Below are positions 46,410-58,480 of a stretch of 64,000 nt of DNA, one piece after another. The translations under genes were made by a program, and so were the position numbers. Below the pieces are notes generated by a model. That model was not told where the DNA came from. It saw nothing but the letters and a program-made list of their open reading frames with translations, and did no database searches. Numbering within the stretch: the stretch's first letter is position 1; each line of letters begins with the position of its first letter. The stretch comes from Candidatus Woesearchaeota archaeon (lineage in GTDB: Archaea > Nanobdellota > Nanobdellia > Woesearchaeales > SKIA01), in NCBI GenBank assembly GCA_046704725.1, contig JBJKRI010000005.1:160001-224000 (forward strand), read 5' to 3'.

Positions 46410-46880
46410 ATGGCACGACGCGGGCAAGCGGCACTCGAATACCTGTTCACCTACGGGTGGGCGTTCCTCGCCGTACTCGTCACTATCGGCGTGCTCGCGT
46501 ACTTCGGTGTGTTCAACGTGAGCGCGTTGCAGAGCAACGATTGCAGCTTCATCCCTGGCATCGTGTGCTCGGACTACACCATCACCCCGACGGGCGGCAA
46601 CCTCTTGCGGTTGGACCTGCGCAACACGTTCGGCGTGCCGTTGACCGTCACGGATGCTTATGCGAACAGCACGCCGGCGAACATGGGGTGCACCCCCGAC
46701 GGCGCGACGTTCCCCACGACCTGGGACGTCCAGGGACCGCTGAATATCAGCTGCGCCTTCCCCAGCGGGACCTACCATTCAGGCACGCGCTATGACTTCG
46801 TCGTGACCGTGAAAGCGACCCAGCAGGGCCAGACGTACCTGCACAACCTCACCGGGACGGTCTCCGCGTCCGCGCAGTGA
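46410..46880 (+). CDS. Type IV pilin paralog (class III signal)
   Basis: RRG|QAALEYLFTYGWAFLAVLVTIGVLAYFGV. Confidence 0.9.
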   Translation: MARRGQAALEYLFTYGWAFLAVLVTIGVLAYFGVFNVSALQSNDCSFIPGIVCSDYTITPTGGNLLRLDLRNTFGVPLTVTDAYANSTPANMGCTPDGATFPTTWDVQGPLNISCAFPSGTYHSGTRYDFVVTVKATQQGQTYLHNLTGTVSASAQ

Positions 46881-46952
46881 GGATAATCTTTATAAATCAA
46901 CGCTCCATCCCCCATTATAGTCCTTCTCAGCGCTTCAGCACGGAAGAGAACC

Positions 46953-47588
46953 ATGGAAAACACCATACTCAAGACCGGTACGACCACGATGGGACTCGTC
47001 TGCAAGGACGGCATCGTCCTCGCGGCGGACAAGCGAGCGACCTCCGGCGGCAGCGTCGTCGGATCGTTCACGAAGGTCTTGCCCATCGGTGACCGCTTCG
47101 CGATCACCATCGCAGGCACAGTGAGCGACGCGATCATGCTGTCGCGGTACCTGCGATCGGAGATCAAGCTCAAGGAGCTGCGCAGCGGGAACGAAGTGAC
47201 TGCGCGGGAAGCAGCGAACCTGCTCGCGCAGTTCGTGTACTCGAACATCCGGCAGATGAGCGCGATCCCCGGGATCACGCACTTCCTGCTGGGCGGCGCC
47301 GACCAGGAAGGGGTCCACCTCTTCGACATCTACCCGGACGGGTCGATCAACGAAGTGAACGACTACTACTGTTCGGGATCGGGCAGCGTCTATGCGTTCG
47401 GCCTGATCGACGCGCAGTACAAGAAGGACATGACGGTGGAGGCAGCGGCCGACCTGGCGAAGAACGCCATCCGGTCGGCGATCACCCGCGACACAGCGTC
47501 GGGCAACGGCTACGACATCGTGGCCGTGACCCCGAAGGGCGTCAAGGAAGTGGAAACAGTCATTTTCCCCTCCCCCATCGACAGGTAA
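46953..47588 (+). CDS. psmB: Proteasome beta subunit
   Basis: Propeptide LKTG|TTT, AADKRAT, IAGTVSDA, SGSGS, RDTASG. Confidence 0.95.
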   Translation: MENTILKTGTTTMGLVCKDGIVLAADKRATSGGSVVGSFTKVLPIGDRFAITIAGTVSDAIMLSRYLRSEIKLKELRSGNEVTAREAANLLAQFVYSNIRQMSAIPGITHFLLGGADQEGVHLFDIYPDGSINEVNDYYCSGSGSVYAFGLIDAQYKKDMTVEAAADLAKNAIRSAITRDTASGNGYDIVAVTPKGVKEVETVIFPSPIDR

Positions 47589-47618
47589 ACACGCGTCCGT
47601 TCGGACGCGCACACGCAC

Positions 47619-49514
47619 ATGAGCGAAATCATCAAGGAAATTCTGGAATTCATGCCGGCGGACGATATCAGCGACGCCGGCTTCGAAGGAGCGAACATCG
47701 TGCTCTACACGAAGAACAAGCGCTTCTTCCTCGATAGCCACAGCGCTATCCGAAAAGCGGTCGGCCATGTCAAGAAGCGTATCGAGGTGCGCCCCGACCC
47801 GTCGATATGCATGCCGCGCGAGGAAGCGGAAGCGGAGCTCAAACGCATCATCCCTGACGAGGCCGGCATCGACCAGGTCATCTTCGACGACCAGCGCAGC
47901 ATCGTCATCATCGAAGCCGAGAAGCCAGGCCTTGCCATCGGCAAGGGCGGCGAGACGCTGCAGGCAATCAAGGAGGGTATCACGTGGGTGCCGGTCATCA
48001 AGAGGACGCCGCCCATCAAGTCGCCTCTCATAGAGAATGTGCGCAGCGTGCTGTATCAGAACAGCGACTATCGCCGTAAGTTCCTCAACAAGACCGGACG
48101 CCGCATCTACGACGGCTGGAAACGGCCCCGCAAGCACGAGTGGGTGCGTGTCAGCTACTTGGGCAGCGGTCGCCAGGTGGGCCGCAGCTGCATCCTCTTG
48201 CAGACGCCCGAGAGCCGCGTGCTCTTCGACTGCGGCATCGACGTCTCGGCGTCGGGCGAGGACCAGTACCCCCACCTCGAGAGCCCTGACTTCCGGCTCG
48301 AGGACATCGACGCGATCGTGATCAGCCACGCGCACCTCGACCACACGGGTTTCCTGCCCTACCTGTTCAAGTTCGGCTATCGCGGACCCGTCTACTGTAC
48401 GCTGCCCACGCGCGACATCATGACGCTGCTGCAGCTCGACACGGTGAAGATCGCGCGATACGAGGGAGAAGAGCCGCTCTATTCGAGCGAAGACATCAAG
48501 CAGCAGGTGCTGCACACGATTACGCTCGACTATGACGAGGTCACGGACATCACGCCTGACGTCCGTATCACGTTCCACAACAGCGGCCATATGGTGGGAT
48601 CTGCGATGGTGCACATCCATGTCGGCAACGGGCTGCACAATATCCTGTACTCGGCGGACATCAAGTACGCGAAGACCTACTTGCTGTCGCCCGCGGTCAC
48701 GAAGTTCCCCCGTGTGGAGACGCTGCTCCTAGAGAGCACGTATGGCGGCAAGGACAACGTCCTGCCACCGATCGACGACCAGAACAAGATCTTCGCCGGT
48801 ATCATCAAGGACACGATCGAGCGCGGTGGAAAGCTTCTCATGCCTGTCCTCGGTTCCGGGCGTGGACAGGAGGTCATGGTGCAGATCCACCAGATGGTGC
48901 GCCAGGGCATGATCAAGCCCGTTCCTGTCTATGTCGACGGCATGGTCTGGGATATCACCGCCATCCATACGGCCTATCCGGAGTTCATGAACGGCGCGAT
49001 GCGCAACAAGATCTTCCAGAAGGACGACAATCCCTTCCTCGCCGAGTACATCAAGCGAGTCGGCAGCGCCAAGGAGCGCCAGGAGGTCGTCGATTCCGAC
49101 GAGGCGTGCATCATCCTCGCGACGAGCGGCATGCTGGTCGGAGGCGCGTCCGTCGAGTACCTGAAGGGTCTTGCGGAGCAGAAGAAGAACAGCCTCGTGT
49201 TCAGCAGCTATCTCGGTCCTGGTTCGCTCGGAAGGCGTATCCATCAGGGCGAGCGCGACATCGCCTTCAAGAAATCCGGCGGTGGCCAGGAGATCCTGCA
49301 CATCCGCATGGAGGTGCACAAGATTGAGATCACGGGCCACGCGGACAGGCGCGAGCTCATGGATTTCGTCAAGCACCTGCAGCCACGGCCCAGGCGCATC
49401 CTGCTCAACCACGGGGAGGTCTCCCGTTGCTTGGATCTCGCGTCCTCGCTCCACAAGAAGTACCGTCTGGAGACGAGCGCGCCCAAGAATCTCGATGCGA
49501 TCCGGCTCCGTTAG
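47619..49514 (+). CDS. fttA: aCPSF1/FttA beta-CASP ribonuclease with KH domains
   Basis: FEGANIVLY, KPGLAIGKGG, HAHLDH, ESTYGG, TSGMLVGG, GHAD, HGE; adjacent to psmB as in other archaea. Confidence 0.96.
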   Translation: MSEIIKEILEFMPADDISDAGFEGANIVLYTKNKRFFLDSHSAIRKAVGHVKKRIEVRPDPSICMPREEAEAELKRIIPDEAGIDQVIFDDQRSIVIIEAEKPGLAIGKGGETLQAIKEGITWVPVIKRTPPIKSPLIENVRSVLYQNSDYRRKFLNKTGRRIYDGWKRPRKHEWVRVSYLGSGRQVGRSCILLQTPESRVLFDCGIDVSASGEDQYPHLESPDFRLEDIDAIVISHAHLDHTGFLPYLFKFGYRGPVYCTLPTRDIMTLLQLDTVKIARYEGEEPLYSSEDIKQQVLHTITLDYDEVTDITPDVRITFHNSGHMVGSAMVHIHVGNGLHNILYSADIKYAKTYLLSPAVTKFPRVETLLLESTYGGKDNVLPPIDDQNKIFAGIIKDTIERGGKLLMPVLGSGRGQEVMVQIHQMVRQGMIKPVPVYVDGMVWDITAIHTAYPEFMNGAMRNKIFQKDDNPFLAEYIKRVGSAKERQEVVDSDEACIILATSGMLVGGASVEYLKGLAEQKKNSLVFSSYLGPGSLGRRIHQGERDIAFKKSGGGQEILHIRMEVHKIEITGHADRRELMDFVKHLQPRPRRILLNHGEVSRCLDLASSLHKKYRLETSAPKNLDAIRLR

Positions 49515-50011
49515 AGAAGCGATTGCTGATAATACGCTGTCATGAACGGCCGGAGGGCCGGATCATGTTCTTGACCCTTGTACAAGGCGCGGAGCGCGCT
49601 GACGGGATTCCCGAAGGCCCGTCGCTGCTCTGTCATGTCCGGAGCCGGCTGGTCCGACCAGCGCGCGCGGTGCTCGGAGGCGAGCTTGTGCCGCTGCTCG
49701 AAGAGCCCGTGCAATGCCGTGTCGATGCGCGCGACAACCGCATCGTCCGCGTCCCGGATGCGGTTCTCCATGATGGTCTGCAGCCTGTCCGCGGAGATCC
49801 TGCGGAATCGCGGCCTCACTTGCTGTCCGGGAGTGATGTAGCCTGCGATGACGCCCAGGCGGGTCACCGCCCATCTGCTCTTGGATGTCAGGTTTTCATA
49901 GAATAACTTGAAGTTCTGCGCCCCTCTTTCCGGGTCGTAGAGCTGCGGCGACGAAAGGCGTCCTAGGGTCTCTATGGCGATGAATCTCGCAATCGCATCC
50001 TGGTCTGTCAT
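49511..50011 (-). CDS. Hypothetical protein (orphan)
   Basis: ORF with own tttataaa promoter; convergent overlap with fttA. Confidence 0.55.
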   Translation of the reverse strand: MTDQDAIARFIAIETLGRLSSPQLYDPERGAQNFKLFYENLTSKSRWAVTRLGVIAGYITPGQQVRPRFRRISADRLQTIMENRIRDADDAVVARIDTALHGLFEQRHKLASEHRARWSDQPAPDMTEQRRAFGNPVSALRALYKGQEHDPALRPFMTAYYQQSLL

Positions 50012-50107
50012 CCAATCGCAAGAATTTCGTCGTTTATAAATATAGTTGTTACTTCTCTGTGAGTACAATTCGCAATATTTATATATCATCGTCACTATTC
50101 AGTAGGT

Positions 50108-50575
50108 ATGAGATACGGTCTTGTGGGGATTGCTCTGCTCTGCTTCCTCTGCGGCATGCTCACCCCATCTCTCATCCACACGACGCAGATCCCGAGCTCG
50201 ACGATCGCTCCGGAACGGGCGTCCCCACAGGACTGGGTCTCCGAATCCAACATCCACGTCTACAGCGACAAGGTCGTCATTACCATCCCGAACGCGAAAT
50301 GGGCGACGTTTGCCAATACGAACAGCATGGACCCCGTGCTCGACCAGGGCAACTATGGCATCCAGATCGTGCCGACGAGCCCCGAACAGCTGAAGGTCGG
50401 GGACATCATCACATACAATTATCACGGAGAGCACATCATCCACCGCATCGTGCAGATCGGACAGGATGCCAACGGCTACTACTTCATCGTCAAGGGCGAC
50501 AACAACCCAGCGCCAGACCCCCAGCCCGTGCGCTGGAGCCAGGTCGAGCGCGTATTGGTCGCAGTGGTGTACTGA
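50108..50575 (+). CDS. Signal peptidase I (SEC11-type)
   Basis: TNSMDPVL, VGDII, IIHRIV, KGDNN..PD. Confidence 0.88.
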   Translation: MRYGLVGIALLCFLCGMLTPSLIHTTQIPSSTIAPERASPQDWVSESNIHVYSDKVVITIPNAKWATFANTNSMDPVLDQGNYGIQIVPTSPEQLKVGDIITYNYHGEHIIHRIVQIGQDANGYYFIVKGDNNPAPDPQPVRWSQVERVLVAVVY

Positions 50576-50576
50576 C

Positions 50577-50999
50577 ATGCTCGTCGGTCATCCCTTGGCG
50601 CTACGCCTTAGAGAGTCCCTCGGAGAGTCCGAGCCGAATATCGCTGTAGTAGTCGACGATGTTCTCGGACGGCCACAATCGAGCTTGCGTTATCACGTCA
50701 GACGGAAAGGCACGGAACTCGCCTACGGCAGCGTCGAGGAGCACGCAGGACATGTTACCCTCTCAGTAGCCATCCTGGACCGACGGATATTGTATGACAT
50801 CATCCGCGGCGTGAAGGCCTATGTCCAAGACAGGAACGACGAACGTTCCGATGAGGAGAGATACGACGATATCTACCTGCGAGCGATAAGCGATCCGTCG
50901 TATCCTACGGATACGGTGCTGAGCAAGTTGGCACGGACAGGGAGTCTCCGGACCCAGGATGAGAAATACATCGTCCGCGTGAACCTTCTCAGAGGATAG
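50577..50999 (+). CDS. Hypothetical protein (orphan, lower GC)
   Basis: ORF directly after the signal peptidase gene. Confidence 0.55.
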   Translation: MLVGHPLALRLRESLGESEPNIAVVVDDVLGRPQSSLRYHVRRKGTELAYGSVEEHAGHVTLSVAILDRRILYDIIRGVKAYVQDRNDERSDEERYDDIYLRAISDPSYPTDTVLSKLARTGSLRTQDEKYIVRVNLLRG

Positions 51000-51030
51000 T
51001 TATAAAAGGCCGCGTTCCAGCCCGCATGCC

Positions 51031-51933
51031 ATGGACCTGACGAAAGAGGACATCGAAGCGTACAAGAAAGCCGGCAGCATCGTCAAAGAAGCGCTGGCCT
51101 ACGGCAAGGGACTCGTCAAGCCCGGAAAGAACATGCTCGAGACGCTCCTTCTGATCGAGAAGAAGATACGCGAGCTCGGCGGAGAACCGGCGTTCCCGGC
51201 GCAAGTGAGCATCGACAACATCGCCGCGCACTGGTGCCCGGACCCCGGGAGCGAAGCCGTCTTCGAGGAAGGACAGCTCGTCAAGCTCGACATCGGCGTG
51301 CACATCGACGGACGCATCGCGGACACCGCGGTCAGCATCGACCTGTCCAAAGACGGCAAGCACGCAGCCCTCATCAAGGCCGCCGAGGACGCGCGGGACG
51401 CCGCCTTGAAGATCATGCGCCCGGGAACCACGCTCGGAGAGATCGGCAGGGTCATCCAGGACACGATCACCGCAGCGGGATTCTCACCCATACTCAACCT
51501 CTCGGGGCATGGATTAGGCGACTATGACGTGCACACCGAGCCCGGCATACCCAACTTCGACACGGGAGACGCGACGGAACTCGAAGAAGGCATGGTCGTC
51601 GCCGTCGAGCCGTTCGCCACGACAGGCAACGGTAAGGTCTATGAACAGGACGAAGGCAACATCTACAGCCTCCTGCAACGACGACCCGTGCGCAGTCCCT
51701 ACGCGCGAAACGCATTGCGCATCATCGAGAAGAACTACTCCACACTGCCGTTCTGCCTGCACTGGCTCGCCAGCGAGATGGGGGTCGGCCAGGCGAAGCT
51801 CGCGATGCGAGAGCTCATCCGTGCGGAAGCCGTGCAGGTCTATCCGCCCCTCCCCGAAGCCGGTGGCGGTATCGTCAGCCAGGCCGAGCACAGCGTCATC
51901 ATCCTGCCGGAACCCATCGTGTTCACGCGATGA
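51031..51933 (+). CDS. map: Methionine aminopeptidase type II
   Basis: PAFP, AAHW, KLDIGVHIDGRIADTA, NLSGH, AVEPFAT, SQAEHSV. Confidence 0.96.
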   Translation: MDLTKEDIEAYKKAGSIVKEALAYGKGLVKPGKNMLETLLLIEKKIRELGGEPAFPAQVSIDNIAAHWCPDPGSEAVFEEGQLVKLDIGVHIDGRIADTAVSIDLSKDGKHAALIKAAEDARDAALKIMRPGTTLGEIGRVIQDTITAAGFSPILNLSGHGLGDYDVHTEPGIPNFDTGDATELEEGMVVAVEPFATTGNGKVYEQDEGNIYSLLQRRPVRSPYARNALRIIEKNYSTLPFCLHWLASEMGVGQAKLAMRELIRAEAVQVYPPLPEAGGGIVSQAEHSVIILPEPIVFTR

Positions 51934-51946
51934 ATCATCACGAACA

Positions 51947-52342
51947 TCATCCTTGTGCTAGGAGCGCCGCTGGTTCTGGGGCTGTACGCTCGGTTCTCCA
52001 CGCATACACAGCACTGATGACCTGCCCAAGCATGCCCAACTGAGGTTGGCCGCATTTCTCTCTTGCTCCCTCCAGAACACAAAGTAAGCTATCTAACCCG
52101 GACTGGTCATTGTCGGCAGGTTCCTCGTCCTGCCAATGCGCGCGAAGCTGTTCTTTACGGACGATGTATGTCTGCACGTGATTATCCGTGAAGACATCGA
52201 CTGTGATCGGATCGACGACCGCGCCACCGCGCGGAAGATACGAAAACAACTGTATCCTGGCCCTAGGGGTCTCGATAGCTAGACCGCACGTGTATGCGCT
52301 TCTCTCGTCCGCGCAGACGACAATGTCATCGATTTGTGCCAT
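51947..52342 (-). CDS. Hypothetical protein (orphan)
   Basis: 131-aa ORF starting 3 nt after the hisS stop. Confidence 0.5.
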   Translation of the reverse strand: MAQIDDIVVCADERSAYTCGLAIETPRARIQLFSYLPRGGAVVDPITVDVFTDNHVQTYIVRKEQLRAHWQDEEPADNDQSGLDSLLCVLEGAREKCGQPQLGMLGQVISAVYAWRTERTAPEPAALLAQG

Positions 52343-52344
52343 GT

Positions 52345-53613
52345 TCAGGAGAAATGCGAGAGGTCGAGTGAATCGAGCTCCTCGAGCGTGAGCTTGTGCT
52401 CCTCGCCCGTGGGCATGTGCTTGAGGGTCACCTTGCCCTCCTTGAGGTCGGTCGGGCCGACCACGAGGACGAACGGGATACCGAGCTTGTCGGCGTAATC
52501 GAGGTTCTTGCTGATGGAGCGACCCATGACATCGAGGTCCACGTTGATGCCGTGGCCGCGGAGCTTGTCGGCGATCTGGGCGGCCTCGCGCGGCGTCTTG
52601 ATGGGAGCGACGAAGACCTGCGTCGGCGTCTTGTCGAAGCGCTGCTTCTCGGCGAGCAAGGCGTCCGTCAACGGTTCGATGCCCAAAGAGATGCCTACTG
52701 CCGGCACTTTGGCGTCGCCGCCCATCATCTGGCCGATGATATCGTCGTAGCGGCCGCCGCCAGCGACGCTGCTGGAGATCTCCGAGTCGAGGAGCACCGC
52801 TTCGAAGACGGTGCCGGTATAGTAGTTGAGTCCGCGCGCGAGGGACGGGTCGAAACGCACATGGGCGACATCCCCCAGATAGGAGAGCAACTCACGCATC
52901 TCGGTGATGCCATCGCACTGGCCGGTGAGGTCCTCGATGGTCTTGAGCCGCCCGTTATCCGTGCCGTTGGTCAGCAATATCTCTAAGAGCTTGTCGACCT
53001 GCTCTTTCGAGCAGAAACCGGAGAGCTCCTCGCGCACCTTCTTCTCGCCCTGCTTATCGAGCTTGTCGATGGTCATCATGGCCTTGTGACCTTCCTTGAT
53101 GCCCAAGGTGGAGAAGATGGCATCGAGTATCTTGCGGTTGTTCACCCGCACCTCGAAGCCGAAGGGCAATCTGGAGAGCACGTCCACGACAACCTTGACG
53201 CACTCAGCGTCGGCGAGCATGGAGGGGGAGCCGACGATGTCGGCGTCGCACTGCCAGAACTCTCGGTAACGGCCGAGCTTGATGGGACCGTCGCGCCAGA
53301 CCCTGCCGATCTCGTAGCGCTTGAACGGCAGCTTGAGGTCCTTGTGCTCCGCGATGAAACGGCACAGAGGCACGGTCAGGTCGAAACGCAATCCCAGCTC
53401 CCGCTTGCCCTGGTCGGTGACGCGGAATATCTCGTGCATGACATCCTCGTCACCGGCGAACTTGAAGGTGAGGGTCTCAACGCGTTGCAGAGCGCCTGAT
53501 GCGAACGGGGAGAAACCGTGGCGCTCGAAAGCCGCGCGCGCTTTCCCCAGAAGGTCCTGCCGGATGAGCTGCACCTCAGGAGCAAAATCCCTGACCCCTT
53601 TTGCGGATTCCAT
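52345..53613 (-). CDS. hisS: Histidine--tRNA ligase
   Basis: KGVRDF, LRFDLTVP, GRYREFWQCDAD, LARGLNYYTG, GGGRYD. Confidence 0.97.
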   Translation of the reverse strand: MESAKGVRDFAPEVQLIRQDLLGKARAAFERHGFSPFASGALQRVETLTFKFAGDEDVMHEIFRVTDQGKRELGLRFDLTVPLCRFIAEHKDLKLPFKRYEIGRVWRDGPIKLGRYREFWQCDADIVGSPSMLADAECVKVVVDVLSRLPFGFEVRVNNRKILDAIFSTLGIKEGHKAMMTIDKLDKQGEKKVREELSGFCSKEQVDKLLEILLTNGTDNGRLKTIEDLTGQCDGITEMRELLSYLGDVAHVRFDPSLARGLNYYTGTVFEAVLLDSEISSSVAGGGRYDDIIGQMMGGDAKVPAVGISLGIEPLTDALLAEKQRFDKTPTQVFVAPIKTPREAAQIADKLRGHGINVDLDVMGRSISKNLDYADKLGIPFVLVVGPTDLKEGKVTLKHMPTGEEHKLTLEELDSLDLSHFS

Positions 53614-53641
53614 CGTGAAGGAGTGACCGAGGGAAGGCGAT

Positions 53642-54238
53642 TTATAAGCGTTTGCTGTGCTTTCCCGTATCTTTGTGCTTGTAACGGCCGCGCAGCTCGA
53701 CCTGCTCGAGACGCTCGCGGACCGCGTCGTCCTTGCCGTAGCCTTCGAGCACAGCGTCCCAGACCGCTAGTTCGGGATGCTTGGAGGACAATGCGTGCAT
53801 GAGCAGGTGCAGGTCGACGGCCTTGTCCTCGACATCCTCCGAGAAGAACGACAACCCGAAGTCGATGAGACGGAGCTTGCCATCGACGAGGAGCACGTTG
53901 CTCGTGGTCAGGTCGCCATGGATGATTCCCTGGTCATGCAAGGATCGCACGAGCGCTCCCAACTCTTTTCCGAATCGCTCCGTATTGTCCTTGTCGAGCA
54001 CGTCGCGCAGCTGCGGCCCCTCGAGGAAGTCCATCTCGACGACCATATTCTTGTCGTCCATCCTCCGCAGACCGGGAACACCGACCTTGGAGAGGACCTT
54101 CGCCTCGCGGCGGGTGCGGAAACGGCGCAGACGATGATCGAGGTCGGGGTGGCGGTACTGCTTTTCGGGACGCACCTTGCGCACGATGCTACCATCGCGT
54201 TCGATGCGGGCCTCCGCCCCCTCCCCGATGACCTTCAC
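53642..54238 (-). CDS. bud32: KEOPS complex kinase Bud32
   Basis: GEGAEA, YRHPDLD, RTRREAK, HGDLTTSN, IDFGL, EDKAVDLHLL, RGRY. Confidence 0.95.
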   Translation of the reverse strand: MKVIGEGAEARIERDGSIVRKVRPEKQYRHPDLDHRLRRFRTRREAKVLSKVGVPGLRRMDDKNMVVEMDFLEGPQLRDVLDKDNTERFGKELGALVRSLHDQGIIHGDLTTSNVLLVDGKLRLIDFGLSFFSEDVEDKAVDLHLLMHALSSKHPELAVWDAVLEGYGKDDAVRERLEQVELRGRYKHKDTGKHSKRL

Positions 54239-54996
54239 TCCTCCTCGTCCTCTTCCTTTTCAGGCTTGGTTGATGCCTTCTTGGGCTTGGGGGAATCGTC
54301 CTTCTCGGCGGCGAGGGCCTCGTCGAGCTCGTCCTTGAGGGACTGCAACCCCTCCGCCGGAGCGTGCACCACCTTCTCGCGCTTGGGACGCTCGGTGTAC
54401 TGCGTCTCCTCGACCTCTGCCTCCTCCTCGGAATCGCCCTGGGTGTAGCGCAATGCACGCACGTCCACCGAACGGATGGGGAAGATAGCGGACAGCTGGT
54501 CCTTCAGATGTTTTTGCAAACGCATGTTCGCCACGTCGTTGACGATCGTGTCGAACGAATACTTGGAGAGGGATTCCGCTATGAGGGTTCTGGCCTTGGA
54601 GCGCACGGCGCGCTGGACGGCGTCATCAGCGCGTGTCCGGGTCATGGCGATGAGCTTGACGCGCACACGCTGGCCCTTCTTGGTCTTCGACTCGAAACTG
54701 TCGGCGACCTTGCTGCGGCCCCTGCGCACGAGGCGCTTGAGGCTGCCCGGCTGCATCTCGATGCCGATGGTCTTGGTCTTCGCCACGCCTTCTGCGACGT
54801 TCGTGATCGCGAAATGCACGGCCATGCTCTGCTTCTTGGGATTGCCCGTCAGCGTCATGAGGTTCACGCTGACTATGCGTCCCGGCAACGCTTCGTCCTC
54901 CCAGACGTAGGTCTGGCCGAGGGATTGGTTGTTGAACACGGCAGGAGCCTGGATGTCGTACCAGCGCTTCTTGCCCTTATGGATCTTCTTCGCCAT
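54235..54996 (-). CDS. rps3ae: 30S ribosomal protein eS1 (S3Ae) with acidic tail
   Basis: KKRWYDIQAP..F, LKRLVRRGRSKV, IFPIR. Confidence 0.9.
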   Translation of the reverse strand: MAKKIHKGKKRWYDIQAPAVFNNQSLGQTYVWEDEALPGRIVSVNLMTLTGNPKKQSMAVHFAITNVAEGVAKTKTIGIEMQPGSLKRLVRRGRSKVADSFESKTKKGQRVRVKLIAMTRTRADDAVQRAVRSKARTLIAESLSKYSFDTIVNDVANMRLQKHLKDQLSAIFPIRSVDVRALRYTQGDSEEEAEVEETQYTERPKREKVVHAPAEGLQSLKDELDEALAAEKDDSPKPKKASTKPEKEEDEEE

Positions 54997-55140
54997 TGGT
55001 TTTCCTCCGGGTCCCCCATCGCTGGTAGGCATCTGCGGCCGTCTTACGGACCCGTAACGGGGCGAATCGAACGGGGTTTAAAAGCTCTCCGTCCTGCATT
55101 CCTTCCGACCGCTTATAAACAATGATTGATTGGGACTCTC

Positions 55141-55956
55141 ATGGACATACCGACGAAACGACTCTCCACAGGAAGCGACATGCCGATCCTTGGATTAGGG
55201 ACGTGGCAATTGACCGGGGAGACAGGCGTAGAGGCGGTGCGGACCGCGCTGGGCCTCGGCTTCACGCTCATCGATACCGCGGAGATGTACGGCAACCAGA
55301 AAGAGATAGGAAAGGCGATCGCCGATACCGATCGAAACTCTCTGTTCATCACCAGCAAGGTCTGGCACAGCCACCTGCACCACGATGACGTGCTCTCCGC
55401 TTGCGACAGGACGCTGAAGGAATTGGGCACGGACCACCTGGACCTGTACCTCGTCCACTGGCCGAACGCAGCAGTACCGATGGAAGAGACCTTCCAAGCG
55501 CTCAAGGAACTCGTCGACGCGGGGAAGGTCAAGAATGTCGGGGTGGCGAACTTCACGGTCGAACGATTGAAGAAGGCCCGAGACATCGCGAAGATTCCGA
55601 TCACGGTCAACCAGGTGGAATACCATCCCTTCCTGCAGCAGCGGAAGCTGCTGGCGTACTGCGAAGAGCACGATATCGCGTTGACCGCGTACAGCCCGCT
55701 CGCCCGCGGGAAGGTCCTGCATGATGGGACGCTCTTGCGCATCGGAAAAAAGCATGGTGTTGATGCAGCGCAGGTCACGCTCGCCTGGCTGCGCCAGCGA
55801 GGCATCATCGCGATACCCAAGGCGTCGAGCGAAGCGCACCTCCAGGACAATCTGGCGTCGCTGTCGGTGGAGCTGGATGACGCGGACATGGAAGCGATCG
55901 CCGTGTTGGATGCGCACGACCGGCTCGTGCGCCCCGGCTTCGCGGAATTCGACTAG
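55141..55956 (+). CDS. Aldo/keto reductase
   Basis: LGLGTW, IDTAEMYGN, ITSKVW, DLYLVHWP, NQVEYHP, AYSPLARG, IPKAS. Confidence 0.95.
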   Translation: MDIPTKRLSTGSDMPILGLGTWQLTGETGVEAVRTALGLGFTLIDTAEMYGNQKEIGKAIADTDRNSLFITSKVWHSHLHHDDVLSACDRTLKELGTDHLDLYLVHWPNAAVPMEETFQALKELVDAGKVKNVGVANFTVERLKKARDIAKIPITVNQVEYHPFLQQRKLLAYCEEHDIALTAYSPLARGKVLHDGTLLRIGKKHGVDAAQVTLAWLRQRGIIAIPKASSEAHLQDNLASLSVELDDADMEAIAVLDAHDRLVRPGFAEFD

Positions 55957-56022
55957 AACTTTTCGGCGCGGACGAAAAAATCGCAAGGATTAAAAAGGCA
56001 ATTTCGGAAGAAACGATGCATA

Positions 56023-56433
56023 ATGAATGCACGCGCTCTGGGCGGGAGTGAGAGGTACTTCCTCAATGCGCGCATTCGTACATTCTTGTCGGACTCCATC
56101 GGCGCGATATTCCCTGACCGGGCGTTCATTCTCCCGAGAAACGTGTCTGGTGCGTCGATCATCACGCGCGGCAGCACCCTCATCACCTCTCCGGAGTACA
56201 AAACAATTCTGTCGGACGATCACTTCGGCAGATGGGGCGCGGTCGGATGGGAATACTCGCTGAAGACAGGTGTCTGGCGGTACAGGGGGAATCCTGTGTG
56301 CCTCGAGAACGCAAGATGGTATTCCGGGGGAAACGCAAAGGATCTGGCAGATTTCCTCGACAAGTCGCGCTTAGCACGGCTCGTCAACGTCCAGGAACCA
56401 CCACGCCCCGCAACCAAACCGTACGCGGCGTGA
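56023..56433 (+). CDS. Hypothetical protein (orphan)
   Basis: ORF with own cgcaaggattaaaaa promoter. Confidence 0.5.
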   Translation: MNARALGGSERYFLNARIRTFLSDSIGAIFPDRAFILPRNVSGASIITRGSTLITSPEYKTILSDDHFGRWGAVGWEYSLKTGVWRYRGNPVCLENARWYSGGNAKDLADFLDKSRLARLVNVQEPPRPATKPYAA

Positions 56434-56436
56434 ATC

Positions 56437-58401
<1,965 letters not shown>

Positions 58402-58480
58402 TTATTCCGGCATTTCAGGAGAGGTGTTGGGTGGCAACTGAATCCTTAAATAGTACTTGGCTCTCCTCACAAGTGGTCAC

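Noticed and set aside
42241-48638. Antisense ORFs 42241-43887 and 46935-48638
   Set aside because: Mirror frames of the ATPase and psmB/fttA caused by codon bias
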